From Bugula neritina (taxonomy: Eukaryota > Animalia > Bryozoa): a stretch of DNA of 64,000 nucleotides. Position numbers and translations under genes: made by a program. The notes under the pieces were generated by a model, which made no database searches, was not told the origin of the DNA, and saw nothing but the letters and a program-made list of their open reading frames with translations. The stretch covers positions 24,027,319 through 24,091,318 of the forward strand of contig OZ037768.1 in NCBI GenBank assembly GCA_964035545.1. The letters run 5' to 3'. Of the stretch, positions 37,301 to 50,056 are shown one piece after another; the first letter of the stretch is position 1; every line of letters starts with the position of its first letter.

Positions 37301-39102
37301 ATTGGGAAAAAATTTATCCTACAAGTTCATAGGGTGTTAAGAAGACAAAGTACATTATTATATTTATTTTAAAGTTATTTAAATACTTTTACAAATTAAT
37401 TTTGTTGAAACCCTGATATATTTAACTTTATAATATTATTACTCCTATTTATACTTTATTAAGTAAATAAATCTAGAGGCAAATTACTCTGCTAGTAGCT
37501 AGTAGTTAGTATACATACTAGCCGCTCCTCTGGCAGCTTTAACTATGCTGCCGACATCAATACTTGTGTACTCACCAGGAAATACAGCAGCTATTTATAT
37601 TAAGTATTTCAAAACATAAGCAACAATTTGTCTTATTGAATACAATTTAGTTTTATTTACTTTATAAATATATTTGTTTTTGTTTATTAATTACTTGATG
37701 GTAAATTTAAGCTGTTAGTCAATTATTTGTAGAGAATTAAGTATAAAAGATAAATGTATATTAAAATATATATATTACATGCATATGCTATAATATAAAC
37801 ATATTTTATAATGGTTATTATAACACATGCATATCATATAATACAACACATGCATATATGATGTATTGTGATGCATGCATACAATACAATTATAATGTAA
37901 AAATAATATATGTATATAGTATATAATTGATAATATAAAAAATTAAACTGTGCTGTTATAGGTATATCTTACAATATATAATACAAAATATAATACATAT
38001 AATGTTTTATTTTTAGAAGAAAATGTCTTGCATCTCAACAATGTTAATTATAAGTATATTTATAATACGATACTAAAGATCATTAAAATACACTGGATAC
38101 ATAAATACTAAATAGGGCTACAATTGTTCTAATCTGTTACAAGTAATATAATATGTTTTATAATTTGTTATAAGCTAAAAGGTATAATAATATATTTAAT
38201 TTTATTTGCTTCAACAAATTAAATATTTGATTTAAGACAACAAATCTAATATTTCCTAAACCACATTAGTATATTATAGTATATTATAGTATATCATAGT
38301 ATATTATAGTATATTATAGTATATTATAGTATATTATAGTATATTATAGTATATTAGGAAAGTTATGGGTGTAATATATTATAGGGTATGGGCAGCTTAT
38401 TGACTACTGGGGTGATATTAATATAATGTGAAGCTTAAATCACAGTTTTAATGTAATATATTGTAAAAAATGTATAATAATATATTAACAAAAATATAAT
38501 TATATGTGTAAATGTATGAATATAAATATATAGTTTTGCCAGTTTATATTACCTTATATTCTGCTTATAATGTAGGCTTAGAAATAAATACGTCAGCTTT
38601 AACTTTTATGGTTTGTTTTTAAAATGTTACCATTATTCAATTTATTAAACATTATTATATTTTATTACAAGAAAGTTTTGAACAGGTTTTGACTTTATTC
38701 AAGAGTAAATTTGCTTAAAATGTTTATCACGGTAGTCACAATATCTAATTTATTTCACTAGGAAATCACCAAATATAAAACAATTTCATTTGGGAAAAAA
38801 TATGTTAAATTATCAAATTATTGTGTAACTCTTGACAAATAAGTTAAGTTGTAAGTTACTTTTCATCTAATGCAGATGTAAAGGTATTATGGCTGATGCT
38901 AGTAACACGAACTCTACCTCAAAATATATTATAAATTATATTTGATTTAGAAATATACGATTAGTCGATTAGGTATATGGTAATAGAAATTAGCACAAGG
39001 AATATAAAAATGTAATGTTTACTAGAAATGTTAATATCAGTTTTACTTACTGTTGTTAGCCGCATCAGAGAGAAGCTGCTCCGAGATGACTTCCATAGTC
39101 AT
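31399..39102 (-). CDS. ISL: LIM-homeodomain transcription factor Islet (ISL1/2, tailup orthologue)
   Basis: Exons: 39102-39051, a possible microexon 37590-37576, 36787-36547 (LIM1, CAGC...[10 protein letters not shown]...YCKTDY), 33891-33602 (LIM2), 32723-32470 (homeodomain, [32 protein letters not shown]...[15 protein letters not shown]), 32087-31917 (Islet-specific LID region, GIPMVAQSP...SWKQIPDY), 31530-31399 (TAG). Confidence 0.96.
33180..33298 (-). other. Candidate alternative terminal exon of Islet (LIM-only isoform)
   Basis: Strong acceptor TTTTTCTCTCTCTTCAG, in phase with the LIM2 exon. It encodes DVSIK(A)11[23 protein letters not shown]. The TAA overlaps AATAAA and is followed by a GT-rich tract. 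Confidence 0.45.
37576..37590 (-). other. Candidate 15-nt symmetric microexon of Islet
   Basis: TAG|CTGCTGTATTTCCTG|GTGAGT. Phase 1-1 and frame preserving (net +5 aa, ...TAVFPD...). Confidence 0.5.
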
Positions 39103-39216
39103 AGTTACGGAATATTTTATACCTTTAAACTATAATTGTCCAAATATTTCCTTTAGACAATAGCAACAGCAATAATAACAGGGTACAAGCCTGTATAATT
39201 AAGCTAAATCGTTATA

Positions 39217-39351
39217 TTTATAAAATAGATGTGCACTTTCCCTATCTCATGTGTGTTTGCAGTAGAAAGCTATCCTTATGATAGAAGAGACACCTTACTT
39301 TCTATAATATACACTCGGATTATTATAGCTGGCATGCTGTTATCTGATTGG
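39217..39351 (-). promoter_or_regulatory. Possible Islet proximal promoter elements (CCAAT box, TATA-like)
   Basis: Minus-strand GACCAATCAG at about 39344-39353 and TATAAA at 39222-39217, upstream of the Islet ATG. These motifs are weak evidence in AT-rich DNA. Confidence 0.25.
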
Positions 39352-42300
39352 TCAGTTGAGGTGTTAATTATTTATGGACGACCTACAGTGGAACTATATT
39401 GCCCTGAGGCAGTGTGCAGCTGCAGACGTTGAATAAAAACTACACGAAATGGAAATCTGAAATAAAAACCTTATTGGGTCTAACAACAAAACAAAATAGT
39501 TTAAACAACTTTTAGAACAAATTTATATGTATGCATATATTTTTTTAAATAGGCCTATATAATATTTCATTCTAAAGAGATTTATTATATAAATTCTAAG
39601 GCATTCATTGAAAAAAGCTTTGCCTAAAGCTATTTCAGAAAATGTTATCAAATCAATTCTAGAAAAAGCTGATCAACTAAAAACTACTATGCCCATGTAG
39701 GCGCTGTGTAACCGGGTGAACGGGAATAAATAAGTTTACTGCAACAAACCCAACACCTTGCTGATGGGTTTAGGGTATTATGAAGACTTTCACAGGTGAA
39801 GTAAACAAGAAAAGGCATTTTGACAGGCAAATTCATAAAGCAGTGTCCTCAGACAAAAATGAGGTACATTTTAACCAGAAGGGTCTAATTGATATGTGAC
39901 ATTGTAATCTCATTAATACTGTGTATGTATAACAGCTAATATTATGTAATAACAGCATCACTCGAATAGTTTCCTAGTAATCCCATTAATTTTAATTGAT
40001 TCTAATTTAGTTTCAACAAAGGTTGTACCTATTTTTATTTGTTAGCTGAAAGTCATATGACTGTAAGGCTCCACAAGTCACTGGTTATTTTGACAATGTA
40101 GCAATGTTTAGAAATGTTTGGTACATTTCTTACTTTAGTACTTTAAAGTAGAACAATTTATGTAACTAAAAGGGTACATTGCTATTATTTCATGATATTA
40201 TATTATTTCAAGAAGGGAGCAGCTATATATTATGGTCTAGGGGTTAGAATATTTGGCTCAATAAACACGAAGTTAGAGTAAAGAGCCAGAGTAAAGCCCA
40301 TTGGTGATGCTAGGAAGAGCATCCAGTCATAATTGCTCCTGTGCCCCATCTGAATAAGTCTTTAGCCAATTTAAAAAATCCTTCCATCCGGGGTTTGTCA
40401 ACAGCCTTCAAACAATTAAAATATAATTTAAGTTTCTTTAACCGCTCATCTGTAGCTGTATGATAATTATTGATATGATATTTGCTTTAACATTCATGAC
40501 TCTTACCTTTTCATAACTAAAACTAAAAGAACACTGACAGACATTGAGTTGGTTTCTATCGGTTCAGCATAAAATTAGTGATACTAACCAGTAGCAGACT
40601 CTATAAAATATAAATATTTATTACTCTTTTGGCACTTTTAGAAAATGTTATGAGTAATTTCAAAAATAATTTAGTTTTTTTTCTAGTAAAAAGAGTTAAA
40701 ATAGTTAGGAGTTAATTGAAAAGTACCACTTTAAATGATTAAGTGTTCATCTTTCAGTTAGATACTGGACATTTATTGCAAAAAATTGCATGGTGGGATG
40801 CTCTGAGAAGAGAGATAGAATGAGAAGCTCTTACTGCTTGATTCCAACAGTTGGCTATCATATAATATATAAAATAGCAACTATAGCCAGCAATTAAAAT
40901 CTTCATATGGCACGTGTGAAAAAACGTACAAGCTTAAATGAAATTACATATTTTTTTGATGTTTTTAATCATTTAAGGCATACAATTTATTTATTTATAC
41001 ATTATAATGTTGGCAAAAATATTTTCCAACCTTTATGCTGGGCTTTATTTTTGAAACATTTTTAATGATTATCTTTAATCAAAAATAATATTTTATTAAA
41101 GTTACAATCAAAGCATAAATAAGTTTTTGATTTCAGGCCATTCATGCAGATTTAATGTTCACTAATTTAAAGTATTGTTTGTATTCAAGCAATTAGGCAA
41201 ATAATTTATTTGATTTGTTGGTTTATATAAACTTATATTCAGGTTGGTTGTAAAGGGGATGGAGGTTTCCCATGATCTGATTTGATGTTATAAACAATTC
41301 GATCAACCATATGCAAATAGCGTGTGCATTCTTAGCACCTGTAGAGAACCTGCACACCCATGTCAAGTTTGCATAGAGTAAGGTATTTGTGTGTAGAAAC
41401 CGAATGTCATCCCTACCCATCACTATTTGAACAGCTCAAAAATAATAAAAAATTTGAACTTATTATTTTGATAAAAAAATTAATGCAAATAAATGTGTTG
41501 AAGTGAAACTTGTACAAACATACATATTCAGTTTTGCTGCATTGATGAACAATACTGCAAAGAAAAGCAAGTCTATAACCAGCTTGAAACAACAAACTCA
41601 GCATTGTTTGGTGTGAATAGAACTGCATGTCTTTAACACATACTAAACAAATACTATCTAATCGTGGCCGTGTGCAGTTAATAGACTAACATCCATGCTA
41701 CGTGCTTCTCCATTTCAAATGAACACGATATTTTCGTACAACCCAATAAAACTTTTTATCTTAGAAATAAAATATTTGTAACTTTAAGAAAAAATGCCTT
41801 TGATGTTTGAAGTTTTGATCATGTAGGAGTTGAAATCAATTTCCTTACACGAGAAATAGAAGCCAAATTAAACTAAACAATTTATTTTACATTCTTTACT
41901 TTGTATTAAAAACTTCCAGTACAATATCGGAAAACAAAATATGTTACAGAAATAAAATTTTGAGCTTTTTAAGTTAGCTATACTTCTTGCTAACAGTTAC
42001 ACTTTTGATTCTAGAGTATATTTAAAAGATTTTATGTTTTGGTGCACACAAGTTATATTCACATATTCTAAATACATTTTATTAAAACATGTTATTTAAA
42101 ACAATTATTATTTTACATCCTAGATGGAGGATTTTTTTTCATCTATCCAGTTATAAAAACAATGAAACTAAATTTTTTCTAGCACAAAAAGTTATTGAAA
42201 ATTGCATTTCCACTAACTCTCATTTCAAATATTCACTAGCATAGACACAAACTTGGATCAATCAAATTACATGGAGGTAACGGAGCTAAAAGTTTACAAT

Positions 42301-43757
42301 GGGTCAATGATTTCAATCTGAGATAAACTTCAAAATTTAAGAAAGCTTGTCAGCTGGAAATCATGAGCTTACTGAGTGCAGACAAATGTGTTTCGTATCT
42401 ATTCAGTCAGGAGTATTGTGAAGTGGTGTGTATACACGTGTCTTGTGCTGGTAATACATATCAAAGAGTGCATTTCACCTAACTTATGGTAACTTTGTAG
42501 TTAAAATTTAGTGCTTTACCATTACTTAAACATACACCCTATAACAACATCAACTGCTGCAATAGAAGATATAGAAACAAGCGTGCCACTGTGCTAATAT
42601 TACTCCAAGGTCTTATAAATATGGCACAAGTTTCATTTCAATATTATTCCAAATTTTTGCCAGCTGATGTCTGATTATAATTGATTCAACTTGTCACAAT
42701 ACAAACAACTTTAAAACACACTTAGTGGTGATTAAGTGAATTAGGGGGCAGGGATGAGGCATTTAAAGGAGGATTAGCAGAGAATTCTGGACTCAGTTGG
42801 GTATAGACCAACTGCCAAGGCTAACTTACTTACACTAATTGATGGGATTAATTATATTAAGACAGACCGATGGCACAAGCCAGCAGCAGCCGTTGACTAT
42901 ACAATCCACGTTCAGTAGAGAGTTGGTAACCTCTTAATGGTACTTAATGCAGCTAGTGCTGCCCCTGTATCTGCCTTCACATAATATTTCAGTACCAAAC
43001 ACTACTTCCTTTTAAATTCTTAAAAATATTAAAATACTTATTAATTAGCTTTTCTTGCTGCTATAGAAGGAAAATAAAATTTATTTACAGACAAATATTA
43101 CTTGATGTCTGACAGATTTTATGATTTTGATTTAGTGGAGCAGCCCTATACTTGATTCGCTAACTTTTTCAGACCTGGAAAACATTTGCTGCCTTCTCAC
43201 GCTGACTCTACCGGATGTCCAACTGCTGCTCCTAAAACCATCACATCCAATAAACTCAACACGTGCAGGCAGCACCTCTGAGAGTAAATTAGTGAAGTGT
43301 GCGTAGGAGATGCTCAGGAGGCCAGCCGTCTGTCTGTCTGTTCACCATTGCTTTTAATATTATACTGCCATAACGCTGATCCTACCAACTTTATTTTAAA
43401 CTTCTTGAACTTAGCAAATACTAACTGTAAGCTACTAAATAATTCAAAATTTTGCTCTATTATACTACCCTGCCCTACAATACATCACACTACACTATGT
43501 CACATGATGCTATGTCACATGACACTATGTCACATCACTATGCACCATAGCACAATAAAATGAGCTGTGTTAACACTGCAGTGCTCAGTAGCAGGAAAAG
43601 AAAACAGTTGTGATAATTTAGGGAGAAGGTAAAATTGTAACACCAACATATATCAGTACAAACACAGCTAGATAACACCATGTGCATCACTGTGTTTGTA
43701 TAAGACTCATTAGCTTGTTGTATTCTGTAATACTGTTGTATATAGACTGATAGCACA

Positions 43758-43882
43758 TACATAGGTGTTATACACTGCCAGGGGTGGATACATAGGTGTT
43801 GTACATTGCCAGGGGCGGATACATAGGTGCTATACACTGCCAGGGGTGGATATATAGGTGTTATACACTGCCAGGGGTGGAT
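43758..43882. repeat. 31-bp tandem repeat (TACATAGGTGTTATACACTGCCAGGGGTGGA)
   Basis: 4 copies; related CCACCCCTGG units occur in inverted orientation at about 44300-44357. Confidence 0.85.
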
Positions 43883-45217
43883 AAAATGCTTTAGGCTGGA
43901 AATGATAGGTAGCTTGCAGAAGATTTTTTAAAATAGTATATGATATTATATGTTTTATTGTTAATAGTGTATAAGTCACAAGCTGTAATGGAGAAGGATT
44001 AGTTTTATTGAAGTATCGCAAGTTTAAAAAATATATTCAGTTGTTGCTTTCCTAAGGAGTAGCTCTGGGACGTCGAAGCTTGCTGTTTGCCAGCAAGTAG
44101 CTATAGAATGTTTAAGAATTTAAAACTCTTTCTAGATTAGAAAGTAAAGTCAATGTTTATGAATGTCTATTATGAAAATAAAGTTAAACCATAAAGCAGT
44201 ATTACAAAGAGCTTTTATAAATAGAGAGATTATTATCCACATGATTTAGTGCTATAATTCACCCCTAAGGCCAGTACTAATTCACCCCTAAGGCCAGTAC
44301 TAATCCACCCCTGGAGGAAGAGCTTATCCACCCCTGGAGAAAGAGCTATCCACCCCTGTGTGTTGAGTTGTGAGGTTTGGGGAAGGAAGTTATCAGGCAG
44401 ACAGTAGCTGGAGACAGAGTTATCATTTGGGTGTTTGTTATGAAGATTAATTAGTGACATATGAGGTGTATATAACAGATATGAGTAAGACAAAACATTA
44501 CCACTAGATTAGAAAGTGGTAACATGGTCACAGGTCTCCTATCTCTCACTTCAGCTATTTTTATATCTCTGCACATACCAAACAGAAGTTGCAGCAGCTA
44601 TTTTAGGTTATGGAAGTCATGACACCCTTAGTGTAAATATATCTGATCGGAAATAAATAACTTCCAAACTAAACTTATGTATATAATACAATAACATATA
44701 TACAATATATTATATATATATATAAATATATATATAATGCATTATATAAAATGTATTGCATTAAAATAAACATTCTGTTTTATTGTAATGTTATAATTAT
44801 ATATTTTATCAATAATATGCTATTACTATATATTTTATTGTGGCTATTGTAATTATATATTATTTTATTTTATTGCTTAAGCTATGCATTGTATCATATT
44901 ATTGCTATTACTATGCATTTTATCGTATTGTTATAATTATGCATATATTTTATTAATATGTTATAACTGTATATTTTATTATGATGTCATAACTATATAT
45001 TATTTTATTGTATTGTTATAGCTATATATGTTTATTGTATAATTTATATTAATTTACAAGATAAAAAACTCGCCACCAATTCCAAAAACATTACAGTAAT
45101 TAAATGGATTGACTATGATGAAACTTTCCATGATATATAGATATAACAAATCAGGGTAAGTAATCAGTCCATATAGGAACAACCGCTGCCGTTACTTGCT
45201 GCCGCTACTTGCGCTGA

Positions 45218-48200
45218 CTATACCTTCTCTATCATCTCGGGCACAGCCTGTAATCAAACACAGCCGATCAATAAAACAACTTGAAAAGACAATCACTGTA
45301 CACAATGAATTTCAATGAACGTTTCACTGACTTGAATTGTGTTGAGACTTGAGAGTGCAAATCTGTCAACGTCTGTATAAACATGAGACTTACAGAGTGT
45401 ACAGCAGACGGACAGACACACAGACAGACAGGAAATAGTAACTCAAACAGTTCGTATAAATATTATGTAATTTATTTACACATGAATACTTACACAAATC
45501 AAGTACTAATGTTAATTGTATTTAAGAGAAAGTTGAAGTAAATAAAAGCACATGTTAATTGATATTACAGCCCCACTGGTTGAAGGAAGAGAAGCTGGTT
45601 GTATTCAAAAGTCAAATAAAATCACATTTTATTACAAATTTGAAAATTGCATGATTGTCAAAATTGCATGCAATATTTTTCCACTCACAAGATATAGAAA
45701 TTCAAACACTATTTAACAAACTCTCTGTTGGTTATATTAGAAAGGTAGGCCATGGGTAGTCCAGGTGAGGAAATTTGATAATAATTATAAATATAATTAT
45801 GATATGTAAACAGAGGGCATAGCAGCAGGTGCTAATTACAGCTAATAGGTGGACTGTTGAATATAACACCATTGAAGTGTGTCGTCTAATCATCTACATA
45901 TTGGCTGACAAGTTAATTGCAGCTCAAAAAATGAATCATCCAATCAGAGATCAGCAGGAGCCGTGAGTTACCCACTTCAACTCAATGCCACTGAATGGAA
46001 ATTAATAAGGAAATATTGTCTACCATACTATAGGAGGGGTGAGCACTCATGTGAGGGGCTTTGAGGTGACCAAGGGGCATATTGAGGTAACCAACAGGCA
46101 TTTTGAGGATCAAGTAGCCATCCATAATCATTTGTAAACCCCAGAAGTACATAATTGTAAACATTAGTGCCTCAAGGCTTCAGTTCTCATTGGATGAGTT
46201 TAGACACTTGAGATTCAAATAGAGAGAAGTGTTGATGGGCCATTGAACTGTTGAAAAGCTGCGTTGAAAGAACTTAATAATTCTCTTAATATTTTCAACC
46301 AACACACAACAAGTTGTTACACTTAGAGAAAAAAAATTCACCAAATCAGGCAAATTCTAGAAACTTCTTTTGCTAACTTGGCAATTAAATCAAGCATTAT
46401 GATTTACAATGATGAGGAGAAACTGCAATATGTTGGTGTGAATTGCATGAAATAGTTGATATTAGAGAGAGTTGAATTTTCACCACAGTTGTCAGTTTGT
46501 GTCATGATTTCCAATTAATTAGCACTTTCGGCAGAGTAAATGCTCTCCACATTGAACATAGCCAACACTGAAAATTAATATTAATTTGAGGTGTTACTAA
46601 CTAGGAATTAAATTAGCAATAGTAGTAGTAGTAAAGTTAGTAGCAGTAGTAGTAGTAGTGGCATGTTAGTAGTAATAGTAGTGGTAGTTACAGTGACAGT
46701 AATATCAATATAATAGTAGTAGTGATAGTAATAGTAGCTGTATTGGTAAAAGTAACAGAAGGTGTGAAGTTCCATAAAGTTGTGTTTGAAAGAGAAGACA
46801 ACTCCTGAAAGCACAGCTAACCAAACAGTAAATAGAGTTTGAGAGTTATCTGTCCAGAGTGTAATGACTAGAGAAAACTGTGAGCATACCGAGAGGCAAG
46901 AGAGGTCTAGGAGCTAAAATCAATAAATCAGGTATTTACTGATGATTCACATTCCTAGACAGCACCACGGTGAGAGCCAATGAGAGTCTTACAAGGGTGA
47001 CATCATAACAACAGCATTTCTCTGTTGCCACGCCTTAACTGTCTAGTGAACTCAACTCTCATCTGATTACTTCAAAATAGAGAAGTTAGTTAACTGACCT
47101 TGAAAAGGTCGGCAACGAGTCCGTAGTCAGCCACCTGAAAAATTGGAGCCTCAGCATCCTTGTTGATGGCTACAATGACTTTGCTGTCCTTCATCCCCGC
47201 CAGATGCTGGATGGCCCCGGATATTCCGACAGCGACGTACAGTTTCTGGAAATATTCAGGAGAGCAGACATTACACACCCTGTCCCTTCAGTTGTCTCCC
47301 CTTTAAACAGGAGAGATAATTACTCTACCTCTCTCCCTTTACACAGGGGGAGATATTTACTCTACCTCGCTCCCTTTACACAGGGGGAGATAATTACTCC
47401 ACCTCTCTCCCTTTACACAGGGGAGATAATTACTCTGCCTGTCTGCAGGAAATAACTGGACTTACAGGTGCAACTATTTTCCCAGTCTGACCAACTTGCA
47501 TGTCATTCGGTACAAAACCGGCATCTACAGCGGCTCTTGACGCCCCCACGGCAGCGTTCAGCTTGTCAGCGAGATCATACAGCATCTGGAAATTCTCTCC
47601 ATTCTTCATACCACGTCCTGAAAACAGACAGAGTTTATACTCTTACTGCTACCACTACCACTACTAATACTATTAGTACTGCTACTATTACTGCTCCTGC
47701 TACTACTACTACTACTGCTACTACTAATACTATTAGTACTGCTACTACTACTAGTACTACTACTACTGCTACCACTACTAATACTACTAGTACTGCTACT
47801 ACTACTACTGATGACTCACCTCCAGAGATGACGGTATCGGCACTAGTCAACTCTGGTCTGTCACTCTTACTCAACTCTTGACCTTCGAAGGTCGTCAGGT
47901 CATTTGTTACGTCAGCAGAAACTAGTAATGAAAACTTTCAATGTGTAGACAACTTTTACATAAACAAATGACCATAAATACAGTTAATAGTATCTAGTAT
48001 AGTTAGTGGTATATATAGTGCAGTTGCTAGTATATACAATACAGTGACTAGTACACCCAAGAGTGGACAACTTCAAGTACATACACGGTTCGGCGCTGGT
48101 GCTGCCCCCCAACTCTGCTGGAGGAAAAGCTGTGGAACGGACTGTGACTATCTTGATGGGGTCTTTGTGCTTCAACGTCATAATTGCATTACCTGCGATA

Positions 48201-50056
48201 GAAATTACCTGCGAGATAAATTACCTGCGAGATAAATTACCTGGGAGAGTACAAATTACATGTGCTTAGACCTAATTCTACAAAGCATTAGTTTGGAATT
48301 AAGCTATGGAACTTTTTGATCCAGAATCTGAAGCTACAATAGTTTGTCTTCATTGTAAATGCTAAGTTTATTAGTAAAATATATTAATGAAAAGTAACAA
48401 AAAGTAGTTCATTGAGCGATCTTATGCTGTAGACTGACGTACCGGCATAAATAGGTCGGACAAACGTATCGGGATCTTCTATGCCTATGATGTCAGATAT
48501 CGGACTAATATCTAGTTTGGCAGCTACTCTGGGTAGAAGGTTCTAGAAGTACATATCACGGGATTAGAATGAATGACCAGTTCTTAGCAACGTTACAATT
48601 AACTAATGTAAAGCTTTGAGTATAACTCTATTATAATACAGTATGAGCTGTTGATCTGTTCAATAGACCTTTACATGGCTGTGTCTGCAGCTAACAGTAT
48701 AATGAAATAGTATGCAGTATAATGGAATAATACGAAGTATAATGAAATAATATGCAGTATAATGAAATAATATTGTAACTTGAAGTAAAATACTACTTGG
48801 TGACAGCACATTTGTTTGTGTCCATTATTCATCAGTGCAGAACGAATAAACAATACATTTTCATTCTAGCCAATGATAGAACGAGAAATTTGGCGAACTA
48901 TGTATCACCTCACGCTATACATTTTGCTCATGATAGTAACATATATGGATATTATAGACTTACTTTGCCAAATGCAGAGGCGTTGGAGAAGATGTGAGTG
49001 AAATTGAACTGCTTGTGTGCCTCAAGAATGACTGGAGTGAGAGACTCGGCAAGGAAACCTTTGAACACGGGATTGTCAGCGAGCAGGACCTTGCTGACCC
49101 CCTTCACCTTGCCAACCTCCTCCGCTACCTGATAGGTAGTTCATGAATTACTATACATGATAAGGTATATATCAGTTAGTAGAGCTCTCAGCTGGCTCAA
49201 ACTCTAAGGGGGGGGTTATTAACTAACAAATCTTAAATTTGTTGAATTTTATCATCTGAATCTATATAATAACTCTGGCTTGGTAGACACATTAGTTTCT
49301 GCTATTTGTGAAGGCTTGACCTTGTGCTATGCTAAAGAGGGGACAAATCCTGAAACAGCTGCTGTATACAGATTGAGTCACAGATGGGAGAATGGAATAA
49401 ACTAGTGTTTCTACCAAAGCACTTATGAAAGGTGTTTGAATTTAATTCATAGTTCAAAAGAATCTCTAGGAATTACGTGCCCAGATAAACATACCTGATG
49501 ATGAAACACAGCATTTCTAATAATAAAATGATTTAATCAAATATTATCATAACATTCCTCTTATACTACAGGTACGCAGTCACTTGTAACATACGTACCT
49601 TGGCGCAGTCTGTTCCAGCCACCAGACACGTAATATCTCCCCCTACTTTAGATGCCGCTGTGAGAGTGTTGAGTGTAGAGGCTTGTAGACTGGCATTGTC
49701 ATGCTCACACACGACTAGCGTACTGGCAAACCTCTGGGCCAGTGAATTCTAACACAGAAGATCAGCCAATATCACTGATAGTCATTTTACACATTTTAAG
49801 ACCCAATTCCAAACATAAGCACTTATACGACTAGTTGATTTTAAATAGATGGTAAAAAATATCAATGCATATATGATTGTGAGATGCATGCAAAAGGGGG
49901 TTGAGTTATGCAACAAAGTTTTGCATTAAATTTAATTGCTTAAAAAGTTTTGAAAATTAAAGATTTGATAATGTGAATTATCATAATATAGGCAATTATA
50001 AATATTCAACTCACCAGTTGCTTATGTAGTGTAAGAACTCTTTTGAAAGATAACAT
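45218..50056 (-). CDS. ETFA: Electron transfer flavoprotein subunit alpha, mitochondrial
   Basis: Nine exons: 50056-50015, 49748-49599, 49128-48964, 48542-48443, 48192-48085, 47921-47820, 47617-47466, 47245-47099, 45247-45218 (TAG). Presequence-like [26 protein letters not shown]. Motifs: [27 protein letters not shown]...[56 protein letters not shown]...[22 protein letters not shown]. Confidence 0.97.
47645..47812. repeat. (ACT)n-type trinucleotide tract in an ETFA intron
   Basis: Imperfect ACT/GCT/AAT repeats. Confidence 0.85.

Noticed and set aside
43325-45430. Helitron/DINE-like GTCT/CAGA microsatellite motifs at about 43327 and 45405
   Set aside because: Only short simple repeats; no subterminal hairpin or boundaries could be verified.
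47468-47881. Thr-rich mucin-like ORF and poly-Val ORF
   Set aside because: They come from the (ACT)n tract in an ETFA intron plus antisense exon sequence.
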